A DNA stretch of 63,523 nt, counting the filler, from Nanobdellati archaeon (GTDB lineage: Archaea > Nanobdellota > Nanobdellia > Woesearchaeales > JAADFO01): NCBI GenBank assembly GCA_013152815.1. It is 5 parts of 5 records of this genome, joined end to end, with 100 filler letters (N's around TTAATTAATTAA, not from the genome) between each part and the next. Parts side by side here need not be neighbours in the genome. Positions count along the whole stretch, not along the records: positions 11,513 to 33,662 come from JAADFO010000004.1; positions 33,763 to 43,409 come from JAADFO010000006.1; 3 more parts are not named here. One strand, 5' to 3'. The position numbers and the translations under genes were made by a program. This document shows, in pieces, positions 25,962-35,500 of this stretch. The first letter of the stretch is position 1, and each line of letters opens with the position of its first letter. The notes beneath the pieces are model-generated. The model was not told the origin of the DNA, searched no databases, and saw only the letters and a program-made list of their open reading frames with translations.

Positions 25962-26828
25962 ATGCAGGCCTATCTCGATATTGTGAAAAAAGTTCTCAAG
26001 GAAGGCATACGCAAAAAGAACAGGACAGGCATAGACACGCTCGCTGTCCCAGGGGTCATGTTCAAGCATGACATGCAGCAGGGTTTCCCCCTGCTCACCA
26101 CCAAGTCGGTCCCTCTACGTCTCGTCGCTTCTGAACTGGAGTTCTTCATCAAGGGCATAACAGACAAGCGATGGCTCCAGGAGAGAGACAACCACATCTG
26201 GGACGAATGGTGCACACCATTGAAGATCCCCTATGCCAACGACGAGCAGACAAAAAAGAGGATGCTGGAAGAGCGCGACCTCGGTCCGCTCTATGGCTGG
26301 CAATGGCGGCATTTTGGCGCATCCTACAAGGATTATCAGACAGATTATGCAGGACAGGGTGTCGATCAGCTGAAAAAGATCGTGGAGACGCTGAAGAAGG
26401 ATCCTGATTCACGGAGGATGATCTGCATGGCATGGAACCCGGTCGATGTGGACAAGGTCGTCCCGCCCTTCTGCCATTATGGATTCCAGGTCACGGTCAT
26501 CAACAACAGGCTCAACCTCTTCTGGTCGCAGCGTTCCTGCGACGTCGCCCTGGGCCTTCCGTTCAACATCGCAAGCTATGGCCTTCTGCTCCATCTGCTC
26601 GCCAGAGAGACAGGGTTTGAGGAAGGGACGCTGACAGGATTCCTTGCTGATACTCATATCTACACGAACCATGAGGAGGGGCTGAGACGACAGCTCGAGC
26701 GGAGACCGTTTCCCCTTCCGAAGATGGCCACCGAGCCTTTCAACTCTGTCTTCACCTGGAGCTACACCGATTCCAAGGTCCTTGATTATGAACATCACCC
26801 ACGGATAGCCTTTGAGGTTGCGGTCTGA
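25962..26828 (+). CDS. thyA: Thymidylate synthase
   Basis: GFPLLTTK, LGPLYGWQWR, PPFCH, QRSCD, PFN, HIY. Confidence 0.97.
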   Translation: MQAYLDIVKKVLKEGIRKKNRTGIDTLAVPGVMFKHDMQQGFPLLTTKSVPLRLVASELEFFIKGITDKRWLQERDNHIWDEWCTPLKIPYANDEQTKKRMLEERDLGPLYGWQWRHFGASYKDYQTDYAGQGVDQLKKIVETLKKDPDSRRMICMAWNPVDVDKVVPPFCHYGFQVTVINNRLNLFWSQRSCDVALGLPFNIASYGLLLHLLARETGFEEGTLTGFLADTHIYTNHEEGLRRQLERRPFPLPKMATEPFNSVFTWSYTDSKVLDYEHHPRIAFEVAV

Positions 26829-27352
26829 TGCCGAACTATACTGCCTATGCGGCCATGACCCTGGACGGGAAGATCGCCCGGGAGGAACAGGAGTTTGTCG
26901 ACTGGACGTCCAAGGAGGATGCTGACCATTACCAGGCATCCCTCAAGAAACATGATGTCATCATCGTCGGCAACAACACTTACCAGACTGCCATCGAGAA
27001 CCTCTCCAGGAGAAACTGTATCGTGCTCACAAGGAGGGTTACGTCGCCCGAACGGGAGAACGAGCGTCTGGTGTGGTTCAACGCAGAGCATGACGACCTT
27101 GACGCTTACGTCCGGGAACAGGGATATGTCGGACCGGCCATCATCGGCGGGAGCAAGGTCTATGCTGCATTGTTCGGTCTCATCGACCATCTTTACCTGA
27201 CCATCGAGCCGTTGGTGTTCGGCAGCGGGATCCCTCTCACCGACGGAAGGCAGATAGGGACAGCGATGAAGCTGGCATCGTTGAAACAGCTCAATGAACA
27301 GGGCACGCTGCTTCTCCACTATGTGAAAGCCGAGAAAAAGGACATCCCATGA
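26828..27352 (+). CDS. DHFR-fold / RibD C-terminal domain protein
   Basis: AMTLDGKIA, VGNNTY, IGGS, EPLVFGSGIPL. Confidence 0.85.
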   Translation: MPNYTAYAAMTLDGKIAREEQEFVDWTSKEDADHYQASLKKHDVIIVGNNTYQTAIENLSRRNCIVLTRRVTSPERENERLVWFNAEHDDLDAYVREQGYVGPAIIGGSKVYAALFGLIDHLYLTIEPLVFGSGIPLTDGRQIGTAMKLASLKQLNEQGTLLLHYVKAEKKDIP

Positions 27353-27822
27353 CACTCAACATCATAGCTGCGATGGATGAGGAGGGCCTCATCGGCAAGG
27401 ACAACGGCTTGCCCTGGCATCTTTCCTCAGACCTGAAGCATTTCAAGAAGACGACCCGGGGAAAGGCGATCATCATGGGCAGGAAGACATTTCTTTCTTT
27501 GGGAAGCAAGCCTCTTCCTGACCGGATGAACATCGTCATCAGCAGGAATCCTGGGAAGGAGAAGGATGTTGTCTGGGCGACCACCATAGAAGAAGCGATC
27601 AAGAAGGCGGAACAGCATCACAAAGATATTTTTGTCATCGGCGGCCGGAGCGTCTATGAGCAGTTCATCCCCCTTGCAGACAAGCTCTACATCTCCCATG
27701 TGGAAGGCCATCATGAAGGCAATGTCCATTTCCCGTCCTATGACCGATCCGCCTGGGAGGTGGAGCATGAAGAACAGAAAGAAGGGTTCCTCTTCAGGAT
27801 CTACAGACGCAGACAGGGATGA
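27349..27822 (+). CDS. folA: Dihydrofolate reductase
   Basis: IGKDNGLPWHLSSDLKHFK, MGRKTF, PLPDR, IGG. Confidence 0.95.
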   Translation: MTLNIIAAMDEEGLIGKDNGLPWHLSSDLKHFKKTTRGKAIIMGRKTFLSLGSKPLPDRMNIVISRNPGKEKDVVWATTIEEAIKKAEQHHKDIFVIGGRSVYEQFIPLADKLYISHVEGHHEGNVHFPSYDRSAWEVEHEEQKEGFLFRIYRRRQG

Positions 27823-27869
27823 TTTCTTCCATAAGCTTTAAAAGAGAACCTGCCGCGTTCTCAGTGTCT

Positions 27870-28190
27870 ATGAAACAGCTCATCTGGTATCTCTTTGCCG
27901 GTACCCAGGGAGGAGAGACCCGGCTGCGCATGATCTGTATTCTCAAGAGAGAGCCCATGAACGCCCATGTCCTCGCAAAGAGAATGGCCATGGACTACAA
28001 GACCATCACGCATCATATCCGTGTGATGGAGAAGAATTCTGTCATATATTCATCTTCCAAAGGGAGCTATGGCCGGATCTACTTCATGACCGAGATCTTC
28101 AGGGCGCATTGGGACGACCTCATGGAGATCAAGACAAAGATTGAGGAGAAGAGGAGGAGGAGGCGACGGAAATTGGGAAAAAGTATTTAA
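27870..28190 (+). CDS. ArsR-like winged-helix regulator
   Basis: WYLFAGTQGGETR, PMNA..LA, DYKTITHH. Confidence 0.85.
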   Translation: MKQLIWYLFAGTQGGETRLRMICILKREPMNAHVLAKRMAMDYKTITHHIRVMEKNSVIYSSSKGSYGRIYFMTEIFRAHWDDLMEIKTKIEEKRRRRRRKLGKSI

Positions 28191-28214
28191 AAGCTCGTCA
28201 GCGGAGAAATCAAC

Positions 28215-28493
28215 ATGATCAATGAGATCATCATACCCCTGACCATCGCAGGATCGTTGGTGCTGGTGGGCATCATCAGCCTCCAGATCACCTTCTACCG
28301 GAAAGTGCGGTCCCAATACGGCATCTTCATGATAGTCTTCGCGAGCCTCTTCCTGCTGCAGAACCTCGTCAGCCTGTACTTCTATTTCACCCTACGGGCC
28401 CTCTACCTGCCGGCAGTGGAATGGCATGTGATGATCCTCGCTGCGCTACAGCTGATCTCCTTTGTCTACCTCCTCTGGATCAGCCTCAAGTGA
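28215..28493 (+). CDS. Small 3-TM membrane protein
   Basis: Hydrophobic 92-aa ORF with LFLLQNL. Confidence 0.75.
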   Translation: MINEIIIPLTIAGSLVLVGIISLQITFYRKVRSQYGIFMIVFASLFLLQNLVSLYFYFTLRALYLPAVEWHVMILAALQLISFVYLLWISLK

Positions 28494-28500
28494 TGACCTT

Positions 28501-29241
28501 ATGGAAAAGAAAGAACGTGATTGGCACATATTCATGAGTAGCGTGTTCTTTGTACTGGGATTATCAGTGACCTTCTCTCTACTGGGGGTGTTGCTGCAGA
28601 CCGTCCTCTCATCGGTGGCCTTCAAGACCCAGGTCTGGCTTGCCAGGATCGGCGGCATCCTCATCATCCTCTTCGGACTGTATACCATCGGACTCATCAA
28701 GATAGGGTTCCTCCAGCAGGAGTTCAAGCTTCATCCCCGCCTCAGGACGCGCTCGTCCTACCTTACCTCCTTCATCTTCGGCGCCGCCTTCGCCGTCGGC
28801 TGGACCCCCTGTGTCGGACCTATCCTCGGAGCCATACTCACGCTTGCGGTCACGAGCCCTTCCATCGCATTCTTTCTCCTCTTATTCTATACGCTGGGCC
28901 TGGGCATCCCCTTCCTCCTGGTGGGGTTCTTCACCAACCAGGCACAGACCTTCATCCGGCGGGCAGGAAGGTGGCTGGACTACATGAACCGCTTCTTCGG
29001 GTTCCTCCTGGTGCTGCTGGGCATCCTCATCTTCACCCTGCAGCTCAACCGGATAGCCAACTTCAGTCTCCTGACCGACTTCCTCCTGCGCTTCAGCGAA
29101 GCCACCATCGGAGCAGGATCCTCCCTCTCGTTGGGGATAGCCTTCCTCGCCGGGATGTTCTCCTTCCTCTCTCCCTGTGTCCTTCCGCTGGTGCCGGCAT
29201 TCCTCTCCTACCTGGCGACCGTCTCCACCAGGCGATCCTAG
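28501..29241 (+). CDS. ccdA: CcdA/DsbD-type transmembrane electron transporter, circularly permuted
   Basis: FVLGLSVTF, GWTPCVGPILGAIL; SFLSPCVLPLVP is at the C-terminus. Confidence 0.88.
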   Translation: MEKKERDWHIFMSSVFFVLGLSVTFSLLGVLLQTVLSSVAFKTQVWLARIGGILIILFGLYTIGLIKIGFLQQEFKLHPRLRTRSSYLTSFIFGAAFAVGWTPCVGPILGAILTLAVTSPSIAFFLLLFYTLGLGIPFLLVGFFTNQAQTFIRRAGRWLDYMNRFFGFLLVLLGILIFTLQLNRIANFSLLTDFLLRFSEATIGAGSSLSLGIAFLAGMFSFLSPCVLPLVPAFLSYLATVSTRRS

Positions 29242-29389
29242 GCGCAGAAAGGACAAGAAGCGAGAGGACGCCCCGAGACCGGCGTCATGGTAGCATTCTG
29301 GAACGGCGTGGAGATCGTCGAATAGAAGAGCAAGAAGAAGCAGAAAAAGGAAGGGTGAGAAAAAAAGAAAAAGAAAGAAAAAAGAACCC

Positions 29390-29812
29390 TTAGAAGACTT
29401 CCTTCTTGAGCAGGGCTTTCTCAAGGCTCAGCTGTCCTGCACCCCAGACCATGAGCACCAGAAATGCTGCCAGGTTCAGGAGCGCCACCTCACTGCCGTT
29501 TCCCAGCGGATACCATCCCTTGGGGAGATGGACCATGATCAACGCGCCGAGCATGATGAGCGCTCCGAAAAGGGCGTTGAAACGGGTGAAGAATCCCAGC
29601 AGGATGCCAAGGCCGCCTGCAAGCTCTGCGAAGGCTATCAGCCATGCCAGGAAATAGGGCAGGCCGAACATGCCAGCGAACCCGCTGACGTTCGCATCGC
29701 CTATGAACCCGAACTTCTGCATCCCGTGGAAGAAGAACAGCAGCCCTATGATGACGCGAAAGGCGACATAAAATCCCTCACTGTATTTCTTGAAAAAGTC
29801 CTCGAATAACAT
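29390..29812 (-). CDS. DoxX family membrane protein
   Basis: RVIIG..FFFHGMQK, ELAGG..LLGFFTR, GAGQLSLE. Confidence 0.9.
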   Translation of the reverse strand: MLFEDFFKKYSEGFYVAFRVIIGLLFFFHGMQKFGFIGDANVSGFAGMFGLPYFLAWLIAFAELAGGLGILLGFFTRFNALFGALIMLGALIMVHLPKGWYPLGNGSEVALLNLAAFLVLMVWGAGQLSLEKALLKKEVF

Positions 29813-30013
29813 CAGGTTTCCACCTCCGAGCGTTTGATGATCAATTTCTTCATAAGACTATCTTATATTGGAGATAGAATTATAATTTATAAAGGTTTTC
29901 CCGAATTGGAACGTTTGCATAGGAAACAGAAAGGAAAAAAGAGGAGAGCGCTTTGTTAGAGCGCATTCTCGTTCCATACCCTGTCTTGCCAAGAGGTGAG
30001 ACCCTTCTGGCAC

Positions 30014-30199
30014 TTATTTATAGCACTTTCTGACGACAGGGCACGATACGATCGCCACATTCAACAATATCCAGAGGATTGCCGAACTGATCCACAGATT
30101 ACCATCGACCTTCAAGAGATACTGCACATAGTATAGAAATCCGAAGAAAGACAGTTCAGCGACAGCACCATAGACCCATTCTTTTGTTTTATCTGCCAT
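30014..30199 (-). CDS. Small membrane protein
   Basis: Two hydrophobic segments; GAGGTG RBS and TTTATAA upstream. Confidence 0.65.
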   Translation of the reverse strand: MADKTKEWVYGAVAELSFFGFLYYVQYLLKVDGNLWISSAILWILLNVAIVSCPVVRKCYK

Positions 30200-30391
30200 G
30201 ATGAACACCTCCTCATCATGATGGGGATCAAGTTCATTATAAATGTTGCCCTAGGGCGGGCTCTGTAGAAAGTAGGGCCGGCATCCTTCGCGGGGCCTCA
30301 TCAGAAATCAAGCATGAAGTGCCATCATGGAAAAATCACCAGAGAGGCACCGAGTTACTTTTATATAGTAGTTAATAATCCCGGATGCATC

Positions 30392-31140
30392 ATGGTTCAG
30401 GAGAGAATTGATCCACATTTAGACGAAACGATTATGCGTTTATCTAGGTTTGCGCACATTAAACGTTATCAAAAAGCAGCTGAGAAGTAGCTGAGATAAT
30501 TGGAACAGGAAATCGGGTCTTGGATGCTGGTTGTGGTTATGGGTATGGTTCAGAAATTTTAGCTGAAAGGGATACAAGTGTTATCGGAGTGGACATATCA
30601 CCTGAGGCGATCGAATATGCCAATAAACATTATAATCGGAGAAACATAACTTTTCATCAAGGAGATATAACTTATTTTGAATTCTCTGAATTCGGCCAAT
30701 TTGATGCCATTACTTTCTTTGAAGTGTTGGAACATGTAAGTAAACCATCAGCAACATTACAAAATCTTAGAAAAGCCCTAAAAGATTCGGGGAAGCTGAT
30801 CATTTCAGTACCGAACGCTAAGAATGCTTCTAAAAATAATGAACATCATATAAACTCATATGCTCCCGAAGATCTCGAAGAGCTTCTGATTTCAAATGGT
30901 TTTGAAGTGAAACAAAAATTTGGACAATATCCGTTACTGGGTGCTTTAGCTGAGATAGCAAGAACATTTACCGGCTATAATTCTTGTACTGATAAAGAGT
31001 CTGGTAGAGTTCCAAGGATCGTGGATTCAATTCCCGGATTGCCAGAAATTTTTTCAAATCTTTATGAGTCCGATTTTGCCGTATCAACAGGAAGAACGAC
31101 CTATTTTGTGGCCGGACCAGAAGAAAAGCAAGTCCCTTGA
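30392..31140 (+). pseudogene. Class I SAM-dependent methyltransferase, frameshifted by an 11-nt insertion
   Basis: MVQERID...HIKRY ends at TAG 30488-30490. Removing AGTAGCTGAGA restores AAEIIGTGNRVLDAGCGYG. Confidence 0.75.
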
Positions 31141-31204
31141 GTCAAGAAAAGTCGTATATCGAGAACAAAGTCCCTTAAGATACAAGCATAGAAAGTCTGC
31201 AAGA

Positions 31205-31615
31205 TTACAACGGTTTAGTTCCTAAATCTTCTGCAAATCTTAGCAAATATCCATCCGGGTCCTGAACAAGAAATTCCTTATTTCCAAGAAGTTTATTGTC
31301 CCGCCTATACCACATTTCTTTAGATTCAACAAAAATCGGATAATTATTATTTCTTAGATTATCTAAAATTGGTTTGATCTTATCAACTTCTATTTGAAGA
31401 TTGATTCCTCTTCCAAAAGGTTGTTCTAATCTGCCCGCACTCCAATGATTATTTACTTCTTCGATCATTAATTGGCTTCCTTGAAAAGAGAGCATCGCAA
31501 ATTCGGATTCATTCCTCTTATATTCAATTTTGAATCCGAGAATCTCTGTATAAAATTTAAGGCTCTTTTCAAAATTTGATACACTTAATTCAGGAATTAA
31601 TTTGTTGAATCTCAT
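31205..31615 (-). CDS. VOC/glyoxalase-bleomycin resistance family protein (cassette)
   Basis: LIPELSV, SLKFY..LGF, PFGRGINLQIEV, VQDPDGYLLRF. Confidence 0.92.
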   Translation of the reverse strand: MRFNKLIPELSVSNFEKSLKFYTEILGFKIEYKRNESEFAMLSFQGSQLMIEEVNNHWSAGRLEQPFGRGINLQIEVDKIKPILDNLRNNNYPIFVESKEMWYRRDNKLLGNKEFLVQDPDGYLLRFAEDLGTKPL

Positions 31616-31689
31616 AATAATATTGAATAGTTGCCAAGCATATATAAATTTTGCCGACTTCTTCACAAGAATAGACTTTTCTTGATTTC

Positions 31690-31714
31690 ATATGACATCA
31701 GGAATCCTTGATAG
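31690..31714 (-). repeat. Degenerate cassette core site
   Basis: Plus strand ATATGACATCAGGAATCCTTGATAG resembles ACATAACATCAGATTCCTGTTATAC (32660-32684). Confidence 0.5.
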
Positions 31715-32031
31715 GTAAGGAGAGTGCAACCCGACCGACCGGAAAGATCTCTGATTTTGTAGGGACAGTCGTAAACGCTCATCATGCGTATCAATAGAAA
31801 AGGACACATTAATTTTTGTTTAAATCCTTCTTGAAAGAGCTATTAACACCAACTTTGACACATTAAGTTCTCCTCCACGAACGATGGTGAGTGAGAGCTG
31901 AGAAATTAATTTGGGAAAATCCTGCAAGGATTTTCTCTTTAACCGCTGTCTGGGTGAGCGAAGCGAAAGTCTGCAAGACGACCCCAAGAATTTTCGTAGA
32001 AAATTCGCAGAGTTTCTGAGGGTGCCGCACA

Positions 32032-32592
32032 TCACTCCTTTAGTTTAAACATGATCGTTGTAGAAATTACGAAGATGAGTGATACAAGATAAAATATTAA
32101 TTCAAAGCCAAATTTCCCTGCTAGAAAACCTCCTGCAAAAATGGCGATTGCTTCTGCAAATCCCACATAGGCATCATATCTTCCGATATCAGCTCCTCTT
32201 CTTTGTTTTTCAGTTATATCTGCCAAATATGCGGATTCAGAAGTTTCAAAAACAGAGATAATCAATCCGCTAAATATCTGAAGAAGATATAATTGCCAGA
32301 TTGAACCGATAATTGTATATAAAAAGACTATTATTGCAGAAGCATATCCTCCGATAATCAGAAGAGGTTTTCGTCCTATCGAATCTGAATATTTTCCTGC
32401 AACAAGAGAGATCAATGCGCCAGAAAAAACAACCAATCCTACGGCGATTCCAAAATTTTCTATACTACCACCCATATCATTGATAAAAATTAAATAGAAG
32501 GGTCCAAACAATCCAAATGCAAGAGCCATTAATGAACTGGAAAAAGTGAAGATCCTGAGATTTCTCTTGTTGATTTTATTGATAAGAGCCAT
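32032..32592 (-). CDS. Half-size (about 6-TM) MFS transporter (cassette)
   Basis: Motif A GKYSDSIGRK; AYLADIT...RG; only 186 aa. Confidence 0.85.
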   Translation of the reverse strand: MALINKINKRNLRIFTFSSSLMALAFGLFGPFYLIFINDMGGSIENFGIAVGLVVFSGALISLVAGKYSDSIGRKPLLIIGGYASAIIVFLYTIIGSIWQLYLLQIFSGLIISVFETSESAYLADITEKQRRGADIGRYDAYVGFAEAIAIFAGGFLAGKFGFELIFYLVSLIFVISTTIMFKLKE

Positions 32593-32659
32593 ATTAACAT
32601 AAAGAAGGTCTGATTGCTTAAATATCTAACTGCCTCTTAGGCGCCCTCGGAAAGCATAG

Positions 32660-32684
32660 ACATAACATCAGATTCCTGTTATAC
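32660..32684 (-). repeat. Minimal cassette junction site (25 bp)
   Basis: Minus strand GTATAAC-aggaatctgat-GTTATGT. Confidence 0.7.
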
Positions 32685-32758
32685 GATGGTGAGCATAACT
32701 TAGTGAAGCGAAAGCGCAACGTCCCCTTGAGTCTGGTCTTGGGCGTCAAATAGAATTA

Positions 32759-33487
32759 TTATTTCAAGGTTAGTTCAAAAAGGTATTCATGAGCCATCCA
32801 TTTTTTGCCGACTCTAAATATTTTTATTTTGCCAATTTCATTTAAATCTTTATACCAATCAATATTATCTTCCACAAATTCCTTGGTGGGTCCTGTATCA
32901 AAAGCAACAAGTCGAGCATTATAATTATCGATTATCTTTCGTATAGTTTGGGCATAATTGGTAACAGTATAAACAATTATGTAAATTCTTGACTTGTTGT
33001 GCATATATTGTTTTGCTAAATCAAGAAATTTTAAAACTTGCTTGTTTCCATCTGGACCACCATCAAAACTCTTGGTTAATTGTTCACCTATTGCTTCTTG
33101 ATAACTTTTGTGAACAATTTCTTGTGGAAGATTAACAACAATAACATCAAACTTCTTTTTGAGATTTGCAAAATATTCTCCTTGTTGGAAATCAATGCTG
33201 ACATTATTTCTCACTGCGTTTTTCTTTGCTAAATTTAAAGCGTCTTTATCATTGTCTGTAGCAGAAACTCTCCCACCTAATTTGGCAGCGAGAATACCTA
33301 AAAATCCTGGACCTGTCCCAATATCAATAATAGATTCTTCGGCATTGATTCTCATGTTTTCGGCAAGAAATGATCCATGAGGCGAAGGAGGAAATATGTG
33401 TTGATTAATCTCTAACTCGAACTTAATATTTTGAATATCATATTTCCGAAGTTCTGGCTTTTGAACAAAATGTAATATTCTAGTCAT
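32759..33487 (-). CDS. HemK/PrmC-like SAM methyltransferase (cassette)
   Basis: IDIGTGPG, NLPQ (NPPY-like), DGGPDG. Confidence 0.88.
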   Translation of the reverse strand: MTRILHFVQKPELRKYDIQNIKFELEINQHIFPPSPHGSFLAENMRINAEESIIDIGTGPGFLGILAAKLGGRVSATDNDKDALNLAKKNAVRNNVSIDFQQGEYFANLKKKFDVIVVNLPQEIVHKSYQEAIGEQLTKSFDGGPDGNKQVLKFLDLAKQYMHNKSRIYIIVYTVTNYAQTIRKIIDNYNARLVAFDTGPTKEFVEDNIDWYKDLNEIGKIKIFRVGKKWMAHEYLFELTLK

Positions 33488-33550
33488 AATAACATTGAAA
33501 TAATCTAAATTTAATAAAGTTTGCTTTCATATAGCCCAAGACCAAATGTC

Positions 33551-33577
33551 GTATAACATCGGAAATTCCTGTTAGTT
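33551..33577 (-). repeat. Minimal cassette junction site (27 bp)
   Basis: Minus strand AACTAAC-aggaatttccgat-GTTATAC. Confidence 0.7.
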
Positions 33578-33662
33578 ACGTCGGAGCGTAGAGGAGACCG
33601 AGGATTGGTGCAGCGTTCCGTAGCGAAGCGGAGGAAAGATTCAAGTAAAAAAACGGCGTATC

Positions 33663-33762
33663 NNNNNNNNNNNNNNNNNNNNNNNNNNNNNNNNNNNNNN
33701 NNNNNNTTAATTAATTAANNNNNNNNNNNNNNNNNNNNNNNNNNNNNNNNNNNNNNNNNNNN
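33663..33762. other. Artificial contig-joining spacer
   Basis: N-run TTAATTAATTAA N-run. Confidence 0.95.
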
Positions 33763-35498
33763 ACCGTCACGCTCTTTGCGAGGTTCCTGGGCTTGTCGAT
33801 GGGCAGCCCGTTCTCCTTTGCGATGTAATAGGCCAGCAGATGGCCGACGATGCAGGCATAGATGGAGAATTCAGCATCATCTGACCAGGGGACGACAAGG
33901 TCTGCGTCGTCCTGGTCTTCCCTGTTGGCGATGATCAGGACACGGGCTCCTCTTGCCTTGACCTCCTGGGTGTTGGCCCTCATCTCGCTGTTGTTGTCTG
34001 GTATCAGGGAGATGACCGGGGTTCCTTTCTCGATGAGTGCGATGGTGCCGTGCTTCAGCTCGCCGCCCATCATGCCTTCTGCATGGATATAGGGGATCTC
34101 CTTGAGCTTCAGGGCGATCTCCCTCGCGATGGGATAGCTCAATCCTCTGCCCAGGACAAAGATGTCCTTCTCTGCCTTGAGCTGCTTCGCGATGCGTCTG
34201 ACCTTGCTCTCATTCATGCTGATGGTCTTCCTGATCTTGTCTGGCACGCTCCTGAGGTCCAGTCTATATCCCATCGCATCTCCGATGGCAAGCATGGTGA
34301 TGACCTGGTTGGTGAAGGATTTGGTGGCAGCGACGCAGATCTCCTGGCCGGCGCAGACCTCAAGAGATACTGTCGACATCCGCTGGACCGTGGAATAAGG
34401 GACGTTGACGATGGACGCTATGGCGCAGCCCTTCTGCTTCACGTCCTTGAGGACCGTGAGGACATCCATGGTCTCGCCGGACTGGGTGACCGCTATCACC
34501 AGGGTCTTCTTGTCCACCCAGAGGAAGTTCTCGAACTCCGACGCGATGACCGTGTGTGCCTTGATGCCCTGTTTCTTGAGGAGATAGACCCCCACCAGGG
34601 TCGCATGGTAGGATGTTCCGCAGGCGACGAACACCACCCGCCCGGCCTTCCTGATGAGGTCGATGAGCTTCATGAAATGAGGCCTTTGCACGGTCCGCAG
34701 GCTCGTCAGCAGCCGTTTTGCAGCCACCGGCTGTTCCTTGACCTCTTTGATCATGTAATGCGGATAGTTCTCCTTGCTCTCCTCTGCTTCGGTCTGGGGG
34801 ATGGTTACTGCCTTCTTCCTCTTTCCCTTGCCGTCCGCAGTGAAGAATCGGGCACGGTCTGCCGAGATGATGGCTCCCTCATCGTCTTCGAAGAAGATGG
34901 CCTGATCGGTGCTGTCAGAGAAGGCATAGATGTCTGAGGCGACGATGCGCCGTCCTTGAAGGATGCCCATGACCAGGGGAGAGTCCCGCTTCATGGCATA
35001 GATGCGCTCATCATCCTTGCGGAGGATCAGGATGGCGAAGGTGCCCTTCGCTTCCTTCATGAACTTCTGCATCACCTCCTTCATCGGCAGCTTCCCGAGC
35101 CAATGGTCGAAATAATGGGGGATGATCTCAGAATCGGTCTCGGTGATGAACCGGTACCCTCTCTTCGTGAGCTTTTCCTTCATCTCTTTGAAATTCTCGA
35201 TGATGCCGTTATGGATGGCAAAGAGCGTCTTGTCTTTGTTGCTGTGGGGGTGAGCATTCTTCCGGGTGACTCCGCCATGGGTGGCCCAGCGGGTGTGCGC
35301 GATGGCTGTCCGCGTCTTGATGTTTCCGGTCGCGGCGATGAGCCGGTCGATATAGCCCACCTTCTTGTCGCTCTTCATGCTGCTGGTGGCCCAGCCTGCC
35401 GAGTCGTAGCCTCGGTATTCCAGGCGCTTGAGAAGGCTCAGCAGGTCTTTCTTCACCGAGAACGGCTCAGCAGATGCCATGCCTATGATGCCGCACAT
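33763..35498 (-). CDS. glmS: Glutamine-fructose-6-phosphate transaminase (last codons lost in gap)
   Basis: MCGIIG, LEYRGYDS, HTRWATHG, QSGET, PRNLAKSVT. Confidence 0.97.
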
Positions 35499-35500
35499 CT

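Larger units (their letters stand above)
31142..33662 (-). mobile_element. AT-rich gene-cassette array (integron/CALIN-like), truncated by contig end
   Basis: Three co-oriented AT-rich ORFs separated by related AAC-agg...gat-GTT sites and GC-rich hairpin spacers. Confidence 0.72.

Noticed and set aside
30276..30305. Hammerhead ribozyme (CTGATGA on minus strand) or HDV-like start GGCCGGCAT
   Set aside because: No GAAA after the candidate stem II and no HDV pseudoknot pairing found; kept only as an unexplained repeat.
31820..32035. 71-aa ORF in the cassette spacer (also 35-244 and 454-636)
   Set aside because: These overlie hairpin-rich repeat DNA and have no protein-like features.
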